A stretch of 64,000 nt of DNA. Origin: Eledone cirrhosa (taxonomy: Eukaryota). The stretch spans positions 303,986,001-304,050,000 of the forward strand of contig OZ024740.1 in the NCBI GenBank assembly GCA_964016885.1, given 5' to 3'. The notes under the pieces were generated by a model. It saw only the letters and a list, made by a program, of their open reading frames with translations, did no database searches and was not told the DNA's origin. The translations under genes were made by a program, and so were the position numbers. Within the stretch, counting starts at the first letter, position 1, and each line of letters begins with the position of its first letter. Below, one piece after another: positions 1-11,639 of this stretch.

Positions 1-525
1 ATGAAAAAAGCTGAGAAAATCGTGCTGCTATTGTTTCTGAGATTTGTCATAACTATTATAATAGGACTTTATTGTGTCAACATCTCTTCACTGTCTTCTA
101 CTCGCTATTGATATATATATATATTAGAAAGTGTCGAGGCCTGATGGCTGAGCTCTTGCCATTTTGATAGCTAGTTCCACTCTATCCCAAGTATCGGGTA
201 CTCTGTTGAATAATGAATGGTCTTATTAGTTTAATCCTGATATATATATATACCCTCACACAATTTATTAATCTGGTGCTTCATGTAACTATATCCAATA
301 AGTGATATTTTGCTATAATTTACTTCAGAAGTCTTATGACTGAATATTCCTAGATAAATGGTTTTGACTTTTGGACAGTGAATGTTTGGTAAACTTAGTT
401 AAAATATATTACAATCCACATATCCCATATGTATATAGTTATCATGATAGCTTACTCACTGAAATGATATTCTACTGTTATTTTGTATAATTACATTGTC
501 TGTGTGTCGTGTTTGAATATAATCT

Positions 526-636
526 AACTTGCAGTGATGCTGTAATTTGCGTCTGATGGTGCAATGTGCAGACAGTTGCCTGCTGTCATTAAATGCCATT
601 AGTTCTCACTGAAGAAAAGTTATTACTGAGCAAGTT
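526..636 (+). ncRNA. SNORD16: U16/SNORD16 box C/D snoRNA, copy 1 (guide for 18S rRNA 2'-O-methylation, human A484 equivalent)
   Basis: Terminal stem AACTTGC/GCAAGTT. Box C-like GTGATGC at 534-540. Guide GTAATTTGCG (complementary to 18S CGCAAATTAC) before a D' CTGA. Internal GACAGTTGCCTGCTGTCA as in vertebrate U16. Box D CTGA at 626-629. Confidence 0.92.
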
Positions 637-669
637 TATTTACATGATATTTTAATCAACTTTATTGCC

Positions 670-875
670 CATTTATTCCTGTGATGGTTGTGGGGCCAGC
701 CCTCAGACACCCTTTTCTAGAGCTTCCTATCAGAAGCATCCTTCTCCAAATGATCTGGCTGGATTTCCTGGTTAAACACACCTTAAACATCTTTGTAGTA
801 CGGGAGATGTGATCTCTTAATGTGGAAATGTGGCGACATCTACCTCTCTTCTGATGACCAAGACTTGAAGATGAT
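670..875 (-). mobile_element. Highly decayed RTE-type LINE 3' fragment
   Basis: Broken translation resembles the RTE C-terminus (GHQKRGR...YKDV...IQPDHLEKDASDRKL). Confidence 0.4.
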
Positions 876-1123
876 GCATTACTGCAGCAGTTCCTGCATT
901 TATTTCAGCCAGGTCTCGAGATAATTCTATCTCATTCAAAGTCAGCACTAGATCATCAGTTGTTGATACATTTTATTTAAGCTATCAGTGTTACCAGGTG
1001 TAATTCTGACAAATGTTCATTTATAAAGAATGTAATCTACAAGAATCACAGCTGAGAAAGTTATGCTACTGCTATTGTTACAGTAATACATTGTCTGTGT
1101 GTCTTGTTTGAAGATAATCTAAC

Positions 1124-1228
1124 TTGCAATGATGCTGTAATTTGCGTCTGATGGTGCAGTATGCAGACAGTTGCCTGCTGTCATTAAATGCCATTGGTTC
1201 TCACTGAAGAAAATTTGTAACTGAGCAA
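1124..1228 (+). ncRNA. SNORD16: U16/SNORD16 box C/D snoRNA, copy 2
   Basis: TTGC-A-ATGATGC...GTAATTTGCGT-CTGA...GACAGTTGCCTGCTGTCA...CTGA-GCAA. Near-identical to 526-636, including about 35 bp of 5' flank. Confidence 0.92.
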
Positions 1229-1974
1229 ATTTATTAACATGATATATTTAGCTAAACCTCTTAATGTAGTTTTCTGATTAAGTCTTTCATTCTCGATTTT
1301 TTTAAAATAAAATAAAACCACAGCCTGCTTTTATAATAACCTTGTATTTCAGATTCCAAAAGCCCCCTAATTTCTTAGTTATTCTTAATTGAAACCCTGG
1401 CAATTTAACTTAAATACTTTAGAAAAACCTAAATCTTTTTTTTTTTTTTCATTGCAGAAAGCTGGCCAATTTTCTGAATATAAGTCCATATTATACCATT
1501 TTTAACATCAAAGAGGTTTAAATTCAGAAAAACCTATTTTTTGCTGAGAATTACTAAATTTTCACAACTTCAAATTTGGTAAATAAATGATGAATCTAGA
1601 TGAATTTTGATTTTTTTTTTCTTCAATAAATGATTCAATTGTTCTTTTTCTTTAAAGATCTTGTAATTTTGAATTATTTCATAACTGACATTTCAGTTTT
1701 ACCATACCATGATGGGAGTGGGTGTGGTCCAATTGCTTCTAAGAATTATTGTTGAAATGTATGCACATAAATAGAAAATAATTGGAAGTAGTTTTTAAAA
1801 ATGTTCATAAAGTAAATTTTTTGTAAGTTAAATATACCATCATTAGTTGTTTTATGACTGCCTTTCCATGCTGGCATGGGTTGGACAAGGCCTTTTGAGG
1901 CAGTCTTTCCTTACAAAAAGGATAAAACAGTTTCTGATGGATCTCTACTGATTATAACACTGACTATTTTGTAT

Positions 1975-2330
1975 ACGTGTAATGTCTGAATGAGTATCCT
2001 CCACCTTCAACTAGTTCTCCGTTTATTGATCCCGGTCGACAGGAGGGAGACTTGCTGGAACAGCTGCTCCACCTTGTGGCATTCGCACTTGCAGGCAACC
2101 AATTCCATTCTGATAGCAATGTGGTCCAGGGGCCAAGAATGCTGGAAGTCTATAATACAGGGTGGTACTTATTCTACTGCTGCAGAACACAAACAGCTTT
2201 ATTTGCTTAGTGTCAATATGTACATGTTAGATGTGCTTCCACATCCTATCACTCAGAAGGCATTGGTCAACTTGAATATATAGTAGATGATTGCTGAGCA
2301 AAATGCTTAACCACACAACCCCATGTCTAT
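1975..2330 (-). mobile_element. Decayed CRE-like (REL endonuclease) non-LTR retrotransposon 3' fragment
   Basis: Reverse complement aligns by eye with 14240-14430 (GACTTCCAGCATT...GGTGGAGCAGCTGTTCCAGCAAGTCTCC...GGTGGAGGATACTC). Confidence 0.5.
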
Positions 2331-3214
2331 GCTTCAAAAATGCAAATTTTTTACCTCATTTAAAAAAAAAAAAAATTCGTAATTTCTGCAATGTTGGATT
2401 TACAGCAGGTGGTGAATTTTTATAATAAATCTAAATACTGTTTTTTCCATACAATGTAATATTGAAGGAAAGTTATTAGTGATCTGTAGCAGTAAAGGTG
2501 GTGCTGAGATACTGGGATAGTTTGACAAGGGTCCTTCCATAAGGTGAGTTGCCAGCAGATAGTATTTTTGTTTTAGTTACATTAACCTTCATGCCAACAT
2601 CTGATATATACACAGTGAAGTGTTTAATGGCTGATTGATCATCAATGTAGTTATTGCTAATTATTGTGATGTCGGCAGTCGGTCACAAAGCTGAAGTTTC
2701 GTTCTAATGGAAGACATTCAGGCCTGTTGGTCACACTTGTTTTGAGTAATTCCTGGAGTAGTAGTTTGAGAGATATTGAAGCCAAGATATTCATCATCAT
2801 TCTTTTACAAAGACATGAATATATGTCTTACTGTACATCGATAAGTAAAACCAACATAATTTCTTACGTTTGATAGCACAAAGTCCTAAGGACTGCTATT
2901 GTTGATATTTAATATAATTGCCTCTAAAATTTACCAATTTAAAACAAACCCAAGTGTGACAATGTAGTTTTATCTATGTCCTGACTGGAGAGAAAAAAAT
3001 GGAGCTTATAGTTGTAACCGTTTGAAATCTTGATTAGGGATGACCTGGGGTTAAATATTAACCAATTAAAAAAAAAAAGAAATGTATATAGTCATTCTGC
3101 CAACAGGATTAATGAAGAATAATACATTATCTACACTGTTCCCACTTAGAATTACAAAGTAAGACTAACGATTTCAAAGTGAGCTCCTGTCACTCGAATC
3201 TCGTCCTCCACCCA

Positions 3215-3450
3215 GTTAATTAAATTTTATTTCAAGTGGTAGCATTCCTGTGACAATTTGCTTTATACATTAAAAAACATACATAACAAAAGAAGTATAT
3301 TACAAAAAATTCCATACGTTATAAATAGGATGGGCTGGGCTCTTAATATGTAAACTAAATAACTAATTCTGTTTTTTTTTTTAATATCAAGGGAGACAAC
3401 CTGGAAAATTTACCGATTCCTCACCCCTTATTATTTGGTACCCGAGAGTA
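3215..3450 (-). mobile_element. Non-autonomous DNA element (MITE-like, TA-flanked TACTCTCGGGT.CCAAATAA terminus)
   Basis: Homologous copies at 4092-4340, 16108-16400 and 56140-56524 share TCATTTAGTTTACATATT...GGAATGCTACCACTTAAAATAAAATT. Confidence 0.65.
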
Positions 3451-3616
3451 AACAAAACCTAAACTTGTTTGATTTAGCCAAATGTAAATATTCCATCTTC
3501 TTCGATAAACTGTAGCAGGGAAGAAAAGACCATTTTTTGTTTTCAAAATCTTAATCGTAATGTTTTCTGAAAATATTACATTGATAAAATTGGACTTCTT
3601 TACGCACACTACAGCC

Positions 3617-3836
3617 CTATTTATGAGATGGACTACCTGCTCTAGAGTCCTTAATAGCACTGAGGAGGGGGAAATTGATAATTTTCTTAGGTTGCCTCCC
3701 TTGATTATTCGAAAGTATTTTTTGAAGTTACTATTTATGAAATAAACTGCCTATTCTAGGATCCCTAATAACACTGAGGAGGGGGTATCGATAATTTTTT
3801 AGGTTGCCTCCCTTGATTATTCGAAACACGAAAGTA
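3617..3836. repeat. Tandem duplication, period about 114 bp (MITE-end-like units)
   Basis: CTATTTATGA...CACTGAGGAGGGGG...TAGGTTGCCTCCCTTGATTATTCGAAA occurs twice, starting at 3617 and 3731. Confidence 0.85.
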
Positions 3837-4091
3837 TTCTTGTAATGTTAAGACAAAACAGCAAAAAGTGAACATTGAACAAAGAAAACTAATCTTTTCG
3901 TTTAATTACTCGGTTCATAAAAACATATTACAAATGATTTTATTTCATGCTCTGTTTTTTGTTAATCTTATTTAAACATCCTTAACCTCACTTTGATGTG
4001 ATATCTTTTAGTCTTACAGATATTGTAGTTATCCCTTTTAATGAACACTTCAGTAGATAAACAGCTGTGCCAAGCATCGAGTTTTTCCATA

Positions 4092-4117
4092 GTACCCTCG
4101 GGTCCCAAATAAAAATC

Positions 4118-4158
<41 letters not shown>

Positions 4159-4340
4159 AACCAGAATGTCATTTAGTTTACATATTGCCCCCTCACCCCG
4201 ACCTATCGTATTTATTTTATAACGTATGGGATTTTTTTTTTTGTCATGTATGTTTTTTTTAATGTCTAAAGAAAATTGTCGCAGGCATGCTACCACTTAA
4301 AATAAAATTCCGTCAAAGATAGAAAAGTAAAATTTAATAA
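4092..4340 (+). mobile_element. MITE-like element, same family as 3215-3450 in opposite orientation, cut off by the CR1 tail
   Basis: Inverted homology to 3215-3450. Confidence 0.65.
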
Positions 4341-4721
4341 TAATATAATAATAATGAAATTATTGTGTACAGTGCTCAGGTGCACTACAACTCATCAAAG
4401 GTGCATGTATAGTACATAGAATAATGTACAAATGTCAGGAAAATGAACAGTGTATGAGTCATGATATAATAATAATAATAACAATAATGAAATATTGTGT
4501 ACAGTGCCCAGGTGCACCACAACTCATCAAAAAAGTGCATGTACAGTACATAGGGCAATGCACAAACATCAGTAAAATGAACAGTGCACGAGTCATGATA
4601 CACACGTGTGCATGTGTATGGAAGGGGTACATCAGGTGTAGTTTTGGCGTATTTCGGGAAGTATGAGTGTCTTAAAGGATGCAGTGTCTCGGCAGCTAAC
4701 AATTGATGCAGGCAGTTTGTT

Positions 4722-7452
4722 CTATGCTTCAGCAACTCTGAGCGTGAAAAAATGTCTACGAAAGTCATGGGAGCTGTGCTGTTTTCTGATCTTGTAGGCA
4801 TGTCCACGTGTGTTAGACACATGGAGATCAAAGAGGCGCTCAGGGTTGCAATTGGCGAGATGGTTAAAAACTTTGTGGGTATTCACCAAGTCCATTGCCA
4901 GACGTCGGAGCTTCAATGAATCCATGCCCAGGGAAGCAAGGCGTTCAGAGTACGGTAGGTGTCTGATGGAGGGTATGCGCTTGGTTGCACGTCTCTGAAC
5001 AGTTTCCAGGAGGTCAATGTTCTGAGCAAGATAGGGGTTCCAGACTGATGATGCGAATTCCAAGTGTGGTCGTACCATAGCTGTATACAGTTTTAAATAG
5101 ATGGCTGGAGAGCGGCTAACAAAGGTCTTGCTGAGTGATGCCAAGACACCCTCGGCCTTCTTGACAATCTTAGAGACATGCTTTGTCCAACGCAAATCGT
5201 TGCTGACAGTAATGCCCAGGTCACGTTCACAAGAGGACTTTGATATCAGTGTTGTGGAGGGAGTATGTGGACGCTGGATTTTTCCTTCCAAAATGCATGG
5301 TGGTACACTTGTCCACAGCCAGCTTCAGTTGCCAGTCTGTGATCCATTGCTGCATTGTGTCCAGGTCTGATTGTAGGAAAGAGTTGTAAATTTCAGGATC
5401 AGTCCTTTTGATTTCAAGGTACAGCTTGATGTCATCTGCATATTTTAGTACCGTGGCATTCTGTAAGTTGGCATCTATGTCATTAATATATGCCACAAAC
5501 AAAAGAGGACCAAGAACAGATCCCTGTGGTACACCAGATGACATCTCATATGGTGAAGAATGCTGTCCTAGAACCGTGACTACTTCTTTTCGGCTGAGAA
5601 TGAAGGATTTCAACCAGTCGAAAAGATCATCCCTCACACCCATTGCAGAGAGTTTTGCCATAAGTCTTTTGTGTGGCACAGAATTAAAAGCCTTAGCAAA
5701 GTCAAGGTAAACAACATCCACCCATGAGCTGCTGTCAGTGATCCGGGTGATGTCCTCAAGGAACTCGATAAGCTGATCACAGCAGCTGGAGTTAGGGATA
5801 AATCCAAACTGTGAGGGCCGGATGAGGCTGTGAGAGCTCCAGAAGTTCCAAAGTGTTTCTCTGACACAGAATTCCATCAGTTTGGCCATACAGCTAGTAA
5901 GACTGACTGGACGATAGTTGACAGGTGACATGCGGTTGAACAGGGGAATGACACTGGCAGTTTTCCCCTGCTCCGGAGTAGCACCATTGTTGAGACAGTA
6001 TTGAAAGAAGAAAGAAAGCTGGCGCAAAAGGAAATACCCGCCACGTTTGAGAAGCAGGTATGTCACACCATCAAGACCGGGGGAGGCATAGTTGCGCTTA
6101 TTCTTAAGGTGACGTCGCAACATTGCAGGTGTAAATTCCATAGTTGTTATGGAATTTGATGTTAGAGATGGTGGAGATGGTACATTCTGGTTTTCAACAG
6201 TAAAAATACTTGCATAGCACTCAGCAATGAGTTCTGCGCATTCCTTGGGATCGTCAGTGATCTGGCTTGTGTGGGGATTGCGAAGAGGACCAACTGGAGA
6301 GTGAGGTCTCTGCTTTGAATGAACATATTTCCAGAACACCTTACTGTCAGGATTGGTTGCGATGCACTGTTCAAATTCAAGCACTGCCTTCTTTGTCACT
6401 TGCTTGAGATGGTTAGAAGATTTATTCCGCTTTTTTCTGTTGGCATCTGATTTATGCAGTTTATATTCCCGTTCAGCGTTCCGACGTTCTTTCCTGGCAA
6501 GTCGGACCACTGAAGTTTCCCAGATTGCACTTTTGGGGTGGTTATTTTTCCGCTTCCGTGGCACTGATGCTGCACACGCTATCTATATTGAGTCCAGGAT
6601 GCTCTGGAGTATAGAGTTCACATCTCCAGAGTTATACATCTCATGCCAGTTTGGGCGCTGTAGCTCAGTGCAGTACAAGTTCCAATCCGCCCTCTTCCAA
6701 TCAAAGCAAGCAGATTGGAGATGGCTCTGGTTTTTGTTGCTGCCCTCAAGTGCCAGATTGGCAATGATCATAGCATGATCAGAGTCGCCTAGAGGTTCCT
6801 CAGTAGTACAACTGATAACCACTTCAGGAGTAGTGGTGAAGATCAGGTCCAAAGTGTTGTCACCTCTTGTTGGAGAGGTAACTACTTGTGACCAGTTTGA
6901 GTCCAGCACTAGTTCAAGGAAATCGTTTGCACCTTGTGGCCAACGAAAGGTTTCCCAATCGATCTCAGGATGATTGAAGTCACCTGCAATAAACACATAA
7001 GTGGCTGTTTTCTTGGCAGCAACTCTGAGGATATCGCAAAGCTGTGTGTCCTGATGGTAGTTTGGGGGGCGATAAACAACACCAAGCAGAAGTGTTGACA
7101 TGGTCATACGTATGTCACAGAAAAAAACTTCTTCCTGTGATTCGTTCAAATCAACGCAAGGAATTACCGAAAAGTTTGAACGAACATAGACCATCACACC
7201 ACCACCACGGTGGTTAATGCGGTCCTTGCGGAAAAGGTTGTACCCAGTAATGGTGAAAACCCCATCACAGAGTAAGGAATGTGCCCATGTTTCCGTGACT
7301 GTGATGAAGTCAGGGTCGATGCTTCTGACGTAGGATTCGAACAGATGTATCTTGTTGCATAAACTGCGAGCATTTAAGGACAACAATTTGTACCCTGCTC
7401 GCAGTTTATGATGGTGTGTAGAGGGTGGCAGGTTGTTCTGGTTTAGTTTCCC
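4722..7452 (-). pseudogene. CR1 ORF2 (APE endonuclease plus reverse transcriptase), interrupted near 6583 and by a frameshift near 5280
   Basis: ORF pieces 6583-7386, 5227-6564 and 4722-5291 are colinear parts of one ORF2. Confidence 0.93.
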
Positions 7453-8706
7453 AGAGTTGTAGCAGTTTTTACATTGCCAGTTATTGTGGGTAGATCACAC
7501 TCAGACCAGCTGGTATCTCTCTTCCACGTTTCACCAGCCTTGACAAACCTCCAGATCTGCCCATCATCACGCAGACTAAAACTTTCATCTTGTGCTGAGT
7601 TCCGATTCAAGGAAGCTGCAGCACGTAGCTTTGGACGTACATGGGGTGGTAGGCCTGGGCGTGTTCGGAAGGTAATCCGATTTTCACGCCCAGCTTTAGC
7701 AGAGGCCAGATGATATGAGGTTGCCTCTGCGGGGTCCGAAAAAGACAGCCTGATGAGTCTGGGTTTTGGACCAGGTCGACCAAGGCGGAGAGCACCCTTT
7801 GGGGGAACACAGCCTAGGTCTTTGGCTGAGCTGGCAGCAAATGCCTGAAGATCAGCCTTGTCCTCTGGTACCCCAATGGCAATCACTTCATGGGTAGCAG
7901 ATTCCGCAGTCTTTTCAGCAAGAGGTACAGGGAGATTCTTTAGCAAGGCATTCCGATAAGACCCCTCATTGTGGGGTCCTACCCGAATGCTTGCCTTTAT
8001 TCCTGTAACTTCCCTTCTCAGAGCAGAAATCATTAGTTGCAGTTCCGCAAAATCTGTACTGGTCGGTTGTTGTTGTTGCTGCTGCTGTCGTTGTTGGTGA
8101 TGATGATGTTCCTCCACGGGAATGGCAGGGGAGGACACAGTTGCCAGTTGTTGCTGTTGTTGTTGTTGGTGATGATGTTCCTCCACGGGAATGGTAGGGG
8201 AAGACACAGTCACCAGTTGTTGGTGTCGAGATGTACTGGGAGCGGAAGACATGGGTTGTTGTTGTTTCTGATGTTCTCCCACAGGAACACCAGTAGAAGC
8301 CAGTGTCATAGGTTTTTGCCGTTGTTCAGTAACAATGGTAGAGGAAGACACAGTCATTGGTTTTTGTTGTTGTTGTTTTTCAATAACATTAGTGGAGGCA
8401 GGCACACAGGCCAGACACTGAAAGGACCAGGATTTTAGCTGGACCATCTCCCATATTCCATCCATCATAGCATTATTGTCTCTTTTTTTGGCCTGGGATC
8501 CTCCGGAAGCCTGTGGCGCATTGAAGGCAGACAGAGATGCGACAGGTTACACATTCGACCCAGCGATTACGGAATGAGTTTTCGGGTTCCGCACAGATAT
8601 GGCAGATGTGATTTTCTGGGCAATGTTCTATTTTGGGACATTGACCGGTTTTGTCGCATATTTCATCGATGGATATCACCATGGCAATTTTGTTATTTCT
8701 ACCCAT
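7443..8706 (-). pseudogene. CR1 ORF1 (N-terminal PHD-like finger, Q/H-rich repeats, coiled coil, RRM-like C-terminus); +1 frameshift in an A-run near 8485
   Basis: CHIC...WVECVTC...VCLQC (8473-8706 frame) is completed by WSFQCLAC (7443-8468 frame) if one A is removed from CAAAAAAAG. The C-terminal IAIGVPE...RLGRPGPKPRLIRLSF is typical of CR1/L2 ORF1. Confidence 0.85.
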
Positions 8707-10190
8707 CCGTAGAAAAACACAGAATGTAAACAATATAGGTTTAGCACACTTGATTACGATAGAAATAAAATGTCTGTTTTTTTGTGTATTTTGTTTCCAT
8801 TTTCCTAAATGTTGTGTGTGTGTAGAAGAGTCTGTGCATGTAAACAAATAAATATGCTGCATAAGTTAAATGAAACGTACTATAGAAGGCAGTTGTTTAT
8901 TAACAGCGAAATAACGTTTTTCTTTTAATAAGTTATTTTAATAATTATTCAGTATTATGTGAATCCAAGTTTCATTTATTTTCTTCTTAAAGTATGTAGT
9001 TTGTCCCACCTTTTTTCTTTCCTTTTAAATGGTGCCTTGATAATTTTCACTATCAAGTCATGAAATAAACACAATTATTAGTATTGTTGCAATGACTACT
9101 ATATATATTTTTAAAAAAAGTATACAAACAAACCAAACCAATTAAAATTCAATATTTTCAACATCAAATGGTGGTCATTTGATATTTCTTCATTGTATAA
9201 ATTGCTTATAACTATTTTCAAACTAGTATGGTGCAAGAAAAATGAAATGCAAGACACGGAAAACAAGTGTATAAGGTGAATGGACAACTACATAATATAA
9301 TAGACCAGTGCAGAAAATTCTGCAAAGATTTAAATCTTAATATGAAATAAAACTTTTCTAGAAAGTTCAACAGTTTAAGTACAAAAAAACCTAATCAACA
9401 TTGTGGATTGGACATCAGATGCAACTTGGAAATACCATTTTCCTGTACAATTCTCTAAATCTGTAGCTTCTTTGGCAAGTAATTTTTAAGGCATTTGTGA
9501 AATGCAATGTTAAACTATTTTGTTGAAATGGGCATGCATAAACCAAATTTATGAATAATGTAAAAATGTTTGGATCACAGCTGCTGGATGACTACCAGTT
9601 GCAAATATCTTTGTAAAATTTCAGACATGTCCAACATCAATATTAACTAAAAAATGCCTTGGATGGATGAATTAATGTTTACATACCAAACACCTGCTTA
9701 TTTAAATAACCCATGTCCTGGCCAACAAGAGTTGTTCATTTACTTGCCACAATATATATATTAGTCATTGGCTAATGTTTTTCTCATTGCATATTTATTT
9801 TAGATTATTAAATGCTAATTTACTACGTTTTTAACATCTTGCATATTATACACTGGAATGGTTAGTTCCAGGTTCACAGAACTCATATTTAACCATTGAA
9901 AGTTAGCAAAATACTTTTTTATAGTCTTTTACCTGAAATTGCTTTTGCAATAGTACCCAACAACAATTAGACTCAGTGAGGAAGAACTCATTATCATGGC
10001 TACTGCATTGAAATTGGACTATCAACATCTTTACAATATTTACACTACATTTTGATCTCTGTTACCATGTATATTCATCAGTGACTTCATCATAAAATAA
10101 GTATTAATCCTTAGTTCAGAAATAAAGGTTCCTAGTTTAATCCAGGAACAAGACACTTGACAATTGGAAATCACACTGGCTCATCCTTAA

Positions 10191-10371
10191 CCCTTTAGCA
10201 TTTACATTACTCTATATATACTATTGTATTTTTGTGGTAAAAACTTTATCTTACATAATATCGAATCTATGAGATTTTGATGTTATTTATTTTGAGAACA
10301 ATACCTTATCAGTATGAATAGAAAGAGAGAGACAATTCTGACCAGATATGGCTGGTTTAGATGCTAAAGGG
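10191..10371. mobile_element. piggyBac-type MITE
   Basis: TTAA target duplication (10187-10190, 10372-10375) and TIR CCCTTTAGCAT/ATGCTAAAGGG. Second copy at 45101-45320. Confidence 0.9.
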
Positions 10372-10563
10372 TTAAAGATGAAAAACAAATCCTATTAATT
10401 CAAGTATCAAATCATTTAAGATTTGGAACCAACCTTAAGATGACATTTTATGATTTCTCAACAAAAATGATCAACAAAATCTGAGTAAATGAAATTATAT
10501 ATATACATTGTTTTTATTCAAAATATTTACAAATAGGTATACAACACAAGAATTTCTCTCTGG

Positions 10564-10586
10564 TTACCGAGCATCAAAAACAATCA
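10564..10586 (-). CDS. POLR2K: POLR2K last coding exon ((M)IVFDAR*)
   Basis: Acceptor CTCTTTTCAG, then TG ATT GTT TTT GAT GCT CGG TAA. AATAAA on the minus strand at 10513-10518. Confidence 0.95.
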
Positions 10587-11396
10587 CTGAAAAGAGTTAA
10601 GGATCCCATAAATACAATGAACATTCTGAAAATAAGTCTTAATTTTTTAAAAGAAATTCATTAAAAAGATGATCTAAACATTTAACATTCATTACTGAAC
10701 TTGTACATTCACCACTATTTCAGCAAGTACGAGACTTTCACTCATAAAGTCAGAATAAGATGTATGTTTGAAGTTGCATATCGAGTGCAGAGGAGATATC
10801 TTGCCTTTTGACATAAACTGAAGGGTCACCCCAACCCCTTGTTCGGTAAGCTTTCTACAGCCAGATGCCCTTCCTATCACTTTACAGCATATTCTGGGTG
10901 CATTCATCATGTAGATCACCGACATTGTGTCTTTGACAAAACTAAAGGGTCTTCTCAACCCTTTTAGGCATAGCTTCGGGGTGCCTTTCCTGTTGCCAAC
11001 CACCCTTACGGAGTGTACTGGGTGCATTATTGTGATACAATCACTAGAGAGACTGTTCGTCATAGACTCAACTGTAGAGCCCTCTCAACTCTGGAGAGGT
11101 ATGAAGCTAAATATTTCAGGGAACACAAAAAATAATTGCATTTCTGCAAAACTGTTATAAAGATAAATAGCAACATTTTGTTACATGACATCAGCTTCAC
11201 CTACTGAAAGTAAAGAAACTCTAATTGGTATTTAAAGTTGTTGTCATTAATAATTAGTGAAGAACTCAAAGCAGAGAATCACGGCCTTATAGTATAATAT
11301 ATATATATATATTTTGATTTTAGTTATTAGCAAATGATAGAATCAAATAGACTATCTAGACATGTCTCAAATGTAAAGACAAAATCAAAAGGATAC

Positions 11397-11489
11397 TTCT
11401 TGTTGTTCGTTTCTTATACATAATTCTGTAACCACATTCGCGACAGCGAATAGGGTCTCTGGCTTTGATTTCATTTTCCTGGTGACATT
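11397..11489 (-). CDS. POLR2K: POLR2K middle coding exon, 93 nt ([31 protein letters not shown])
   Basis: AG/GT boundaries with phase 1 at both ends. Zinc-ribbon sequence is almost identical to the metazoan RPB12/RPABC4 subunit shared by RNA Pol I, II and III. Confidence 0.97.
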
Positions 11490-11639
11490 CTACAAATAAA
11501 CCATAAATACAATTCTGTTAAGTTAGACCAGACAACATTTTTAGTATCAATATTATCACATCTAAGAAGTTTTTCCATCACAACTAAATTCTGACTATTA
11601 CAAAATACATATTCTTCATTTATTATTTATGTCACATTA

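Larger units (their letters stand above)
329..1640 (+). ncRNA. Putative 3' part of a non-coding snoRNA host gene (candidate exons 329-388, 909-997, and from 1353 or 1458)
   Basis: Pyrimidine-AG acceptors at 328, 908, 1352 and 1457 and GT donors at 389 and 998 bracket the two snoRNAs. Exon 329-388 has stops in all three frames. AATAAA near 1582 and 1625. Confidence 0.45.
4335..8830 (-). mobile_element. Near full-length CR1-clade LINE (5'UTR, ORF1, APE-RT ORF2, 3'UTR with (TTA)n tail), lightly disabled
   Basis: APE motifs LNARS, TETW, YRPP, GDFN, LDL and SDH. RT motifs NYRPVSL, YLDFAKAF, GVPQGSVLGP and YADD. CR1 C-terminus MVRPHLEFASSVWNP...TRGHAYK...FFTLRV. Confidence 0.95.

Noticed and set aside
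125-242. Short complex segment between (TA)n tracts, open on the minus strand (…WDRVELAIKMARAQPSGLDTF*)
   Set aside because: Probably a retroelement 3' end, but too short and with no second copy in the window to classify.
8473-8495. A AAA AAG slippery-like site at the break in CR1 ORF1
   Set aside because: A -1 shift leads to KETIML-stop. Joining the two halves needs a +1 correction, so a single-A indel or sequencing error is more likely.
9970-10095. Minus-strand ATGATGA...CTGA spacing like a C/D snoRNA
   Set aside because: No terminal stem and no recognisable rRNA or snRNA guide.
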